Positions 61,580 through 64,000 of a DNA stretch of 64,000 nucleotides are shown in pieces. The notes beneath the pieces were generated by a model. That model had not been told where the DNA came from and did no database searches. It worked only from the letters and a program-made list of their open reading frames with translations. The position numbers and the translations under genes are program-made. Source of the DNA: Alphaproteobacteria bacterium (GTDB taxonomy: Bacteria > Pseudomonadota > Alphaproteobacteria > MPNO01); contig OZ219866.1 in NCBI GenBank assembly GCA_964291675.2, positions 2,432,001-2,496,000 on the forward strand. Reading direction: 5' to 3'. How positions within the stretch are numbered: position 1 is the first letter of the stretch; each line of letters opens with the position of its first letter.

Positions 61580-62869
61580 ATGGGCTCCATGCAGGATGTC
61601 GTCCCTGTTCCGGACGACGGGGGGGTACTGCCGGCCGAGGCCGTGGCGGCGATTGCCAACGGCGACGCTTACCCGGAAACGACCGGCTATTCGAAGAGCG
61701 TCGATTATGTCGATTTCGAAATCTACGGCAAACCCTTCACGCAGGTCGTCATGACGCTGCTGCCCGAGACGCCCCGCCTGCACGCAGGAAGGCGGATCGT
61801 GGTGATCGCGGGGGAGGGCGGGAGCGACAACGGCAACGGGTTCCTTGCGACCTACGAGGGCAGGGAGGGCATCGGACCCTGGCTGGCGAGGCGCGGCGTG
61901 ACCTTCGTGGCGGTGCCGCGCCTGGGCCGGTGGAACTTCTTCGCCGACGGGGAAAGCGGAAGCTGGATCGACATCCCGCTCGGCGAACGCATGCCGGTCT
62001 TCGACCGCCACCGGCCGGAATACTGGCCCGCCGACGCGTACACGTCGCATGTCTCGCAGGGACAGGCGAGCCCGACCGGAAGCGATACCTACAGGCTGCC
62101 GAAAGAGGGCTCGGCTCTTTACGACCACATGCTCGCCGCGACGCCCGATGCCCTGGTCGAAGGCTATCGGCACGGCGTCCGGTTCGCGCTCGCCGCACTC
62201 GGCGTGCCGCGTAGCGGGGTCCTGCTGCTCTATTGGGGGTTCTCCACCGGAGGGCCGTTCCTGTGGGCGCTGGCGCGCTCGATCGCCCCCGACGGCATGC
62301 TGGGATGGGGAACGTCGAGCACCGGCGTCGCCTATTTCCACAGCCGCATCCGAACCGGAAACTTCGACTGGCCCTACGAGAGCTCGGTGCTCCGGGTGCG
62401 CGAGCGCGGGCGGCCCGATTTCCGCTTCTACACCGAACATGTCGATGACGAGGTGCGCGAACGCTGGTGGCGCAAGGCGCTGGCGGCGCCGCGGTTCAAG
62501 TCGATCGAGGATACGACGATGTTCTACAACGCCGCGGCGCTCGCCGAGCATGCCGGACGGCTGTGGATCGCGGATTTCCTGCCGCGGGAAGTACGCGACC
62601 GCGGCTTTGCGGCGCTGATGCGCGACATCCTGGAGCCCTGTTTCCCGGCGCCCGAGCTCCGGACGGTCGCGGTATGGGAGATGAACGGGACGCTCGACCA
62701 GGTCATCCAGCCGGACAAGGTCGATGCCGCGCGCGCGGTCATGGAGCCCTATTGCCGCCGCTACCGGGTCGCGCGCCTCGAAGGCTTCCGCCACGACATC
62801 CTGCACGACACCATCGTCGCGGTCGGGCGGATCTGGCTGAGCGTCGTGGAAGACGGCTATTTCGACTGA
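61580..62869 (+). CDS. Uncharacterised protein X2, distant paralog of X1
   Basis: Strong GGAGGAGG RBS; GEGG, GFSTGGPF, GTLD, late RHD; divergent from the ABC operon. Confidence 0.75.
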   Translation: MGSMQDVVPVPDDGGVLPAEAVAAIANGDAYPETTGYSKSVDYVDFEIYGKPFTQVVMTLLPETPRLHAGRRIVVIAGEGGSDNGNGFLATYEGREGIGPWLARRGVTFVAVPRLGRWNFFADGESGSWIDIPLGERMPVFDRHRPEYWPADAYTSHVSQGQASPTGSDTYRLPKEGSALYDHMLAATPDALVEGYRHGVRFALAALGVPRSGVLLLYWGFSTGGPFLWALARSIAPDGMLGWGTSSTGVAYFHSRIRTGNFDWPYESSVLRVRERGRPDFRFYTEHVDDEVRERWWRKALAAPRFKSIEDTTMFYNAAALAEHAGRLWIADFLPREVRDRGFAALMRDILEPCFPAPELRTVAVWEMNGTLDQVIQPDKVDAARAVMEPYCRRYRVARLEGFRHDILHDTIVAVGRIWLSVVEDGYFD

Positions 62870-62899
62870 AACCCGAATCCGGAGGGGAAGCTCGTTGGC

Positions 62900-63200
62900 G
62901 ACGGATCGAGCGGCGAAGCACGTGCGAATGGCCCCCCTGACGTGGCCGGCATCCGGGGAGACGCCGCGCCGGCGAATTGAGGAATGCCCGTCTCGGCCCC
63001 GTCTTTCGATCGGCCGATACCAGCCGGTCCTTCCGGACCTCCGACCGGCGCGGACAGACGATTTCGCTCGAGCGGCATCCGGTCGGCAGGAGGAGCCGTT
63101 CGATGTCGGCCCGCTGCCGGCCGTGCTTGCCGGTGGCCTCGTCCAGGGCCTTGCGAAGGCGCCCGATTTCCTCGCGCGACGGGAAGAAGGTGTGACCCGG
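62900..63200 (-). mobile_element. Tyrosine recombinase/phage integrase remnant
   Basis: FPSREEIGRL...ADIERLLLPTGCRSSEI..RRSEV...L..ADRKTGPR...LN..AR is a degraded box I (LLxTGxRxxE) plus SKTG motif; no start and no box II. Confidence 0.7.
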
Positions 63201-63208
63201 CTCGCGGG

Positions 63209-63979
63209 TCAATCCGCGGGCAGCGCCTCGCCGGCGACGGCCAGCGGCGGAACCGGCCTGCCGCGCAGATCGGTCTTCAGGTGTTTTTCGCTGTAGCCGT
63301 TGAACAGATGGCCCAGCAGCCCGCGATCGAGATCCGAGGTGCCGAACAGCCAGTCGGCGATCGGAAAGGTCAGGTTCATGTTGACCTCCATCATGAGGCG
63401 CGTGTTGTGGTGCGCGAAATGATGGCGTCTGAGCGTGTTCACGAAGGGGCAGTTGCGGACGAAGGCGTTCTCGTCGACATGGCAGCAGTAATGCATGAAC
63501 TCGTAGATCAGGTACATGCTGACCGTGGTGACGATCAGCAGCCAGCCGACATTGGCCGAGATGGCGAGGCCGAGAATCACCGCGGGCGGCGCTGACATGA
63601 CGACGAAGGTGACCAGTGCGAAGGGCGGAAACACCGTCACCCGCCAATCGTCGGGGTCGCGGAAGCGCATCTCGGAATCGGAGAAGAACTGGTGGTGGTT
63701 CAGCGTGTGCCGCACATAGACGGCCCGGAGCCCCGGCTGGTTGAAGGGCCGGTGCATGACGAAACGGTGCACCGCCCATTCGAAGACGTTGCACATCAGG
63801 AAGAACACCGGCACCGAGAGCCATTCCCACCACAGCACGTTGTCGAGGTGGCTCACGAAGTAGTAGAGCGCCGCGCCGCCCATCAGGTAGATCACCGCGA
63901 CGTGGAAGTAGCCGTTGTACCAGCCGGCAATGCGCGAGCGGTATTCCCTGCGGAACTCGACCTGGCGCTGGATCATCAT
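63209..63979 (-). CDS. Fatty acid hydroxylase / sterol desaturase family membrane protein
   Basis: Histidine boxes HRFVMH, HTLNHH, HYCCH and HHFAHH; NLTFPIADWLFGT. Confidence 0.87.
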   Translation of the reverse strand: MMIQRQVEFRREYRSRIAGWYNGYFHVAVIYLMGGAALYYFVSHLDNVLWWEWLSVPVFFLMCNVFEWAVHRFVMHRPFNQPGLRAVYVRHTLNHHQFFSDSEMRFRDPDDWRVTVFPPFALVTFVVMSAPPAVILGLAISANVGWLLIVTTVSMYLIYEFMHYCCHVDENAFVRNCPFVNTLRRHHFAHHNTRLMMEVNMNLTFPIADWLFGTSDLDRGLLGHLFNGYSEKHLKTDLRGRPVPPLAVAGEALPAD

Positions 63980-64000
63980 CTCGTGGTCCTCCTCTCGCGC

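Overview
High-GC bacterial chromosomal segment. Gene content and intergenic repeats suggest an alphaproteobacterium (inference). From left to right: (1) 1-12.2 kb, a lipid/acyl uptake and beta-oxidation block (Liv-type ABC transporter with an embedded acyl-CoA ligase, FadN-like dehydrogenase/hydratase, thiolase, acyl-CoA dehydrogenase, cytochrome P450). (2) A TRAP transporter whose DctP lacks the usual carboxylate-binding Arg. (3) 15.3-17.6 kb, a scar where a NicX/M29-fold gene is split around arsC, an aquaporin, and copD and IS1380 remnants. (4) 17.7-26.8 kb, an oxidoreductase patch (GMC, three SDRs, two 2OG/Fe dioxygenases, a molybdopterin enzyme, a VOC protein). (5) IS3 and CBS-BON remnants, then a complete narK-narK-narGHJI-PPIase respiratory nitrate reductase operon. 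(6) A deletion-eroded TRAP/MarR locus, an intact TAXI-TRAP system with an ornithine cyclodeaminase-family gene, and a FitAB/VapBC toxin-antitoxin pair. (7) 47.8-62.9 kb, the best candidate for an undescribed system: a 13-gene operon plus one divergent gene. It encodes a peptide-type ABC importer, four paralogous GHSRG alpha/beta-hydrolases, two distant paralogs of an unrecognised ~430-aa GxSTGGP family, an amidase, a divergent AtzD/barbiturase-fold ring-opening hydrolase and a maleate isomerase-family enzyme, consistent with catabolism of an unknown cyclic amide or N-heterocycle. (8) An integrase remnant and a fatty acid hydroxylase/desaturase. No rRNA, tRNA or CRISPR array was seen. All family assignments come from motif recognition by eye; no database searches were run.
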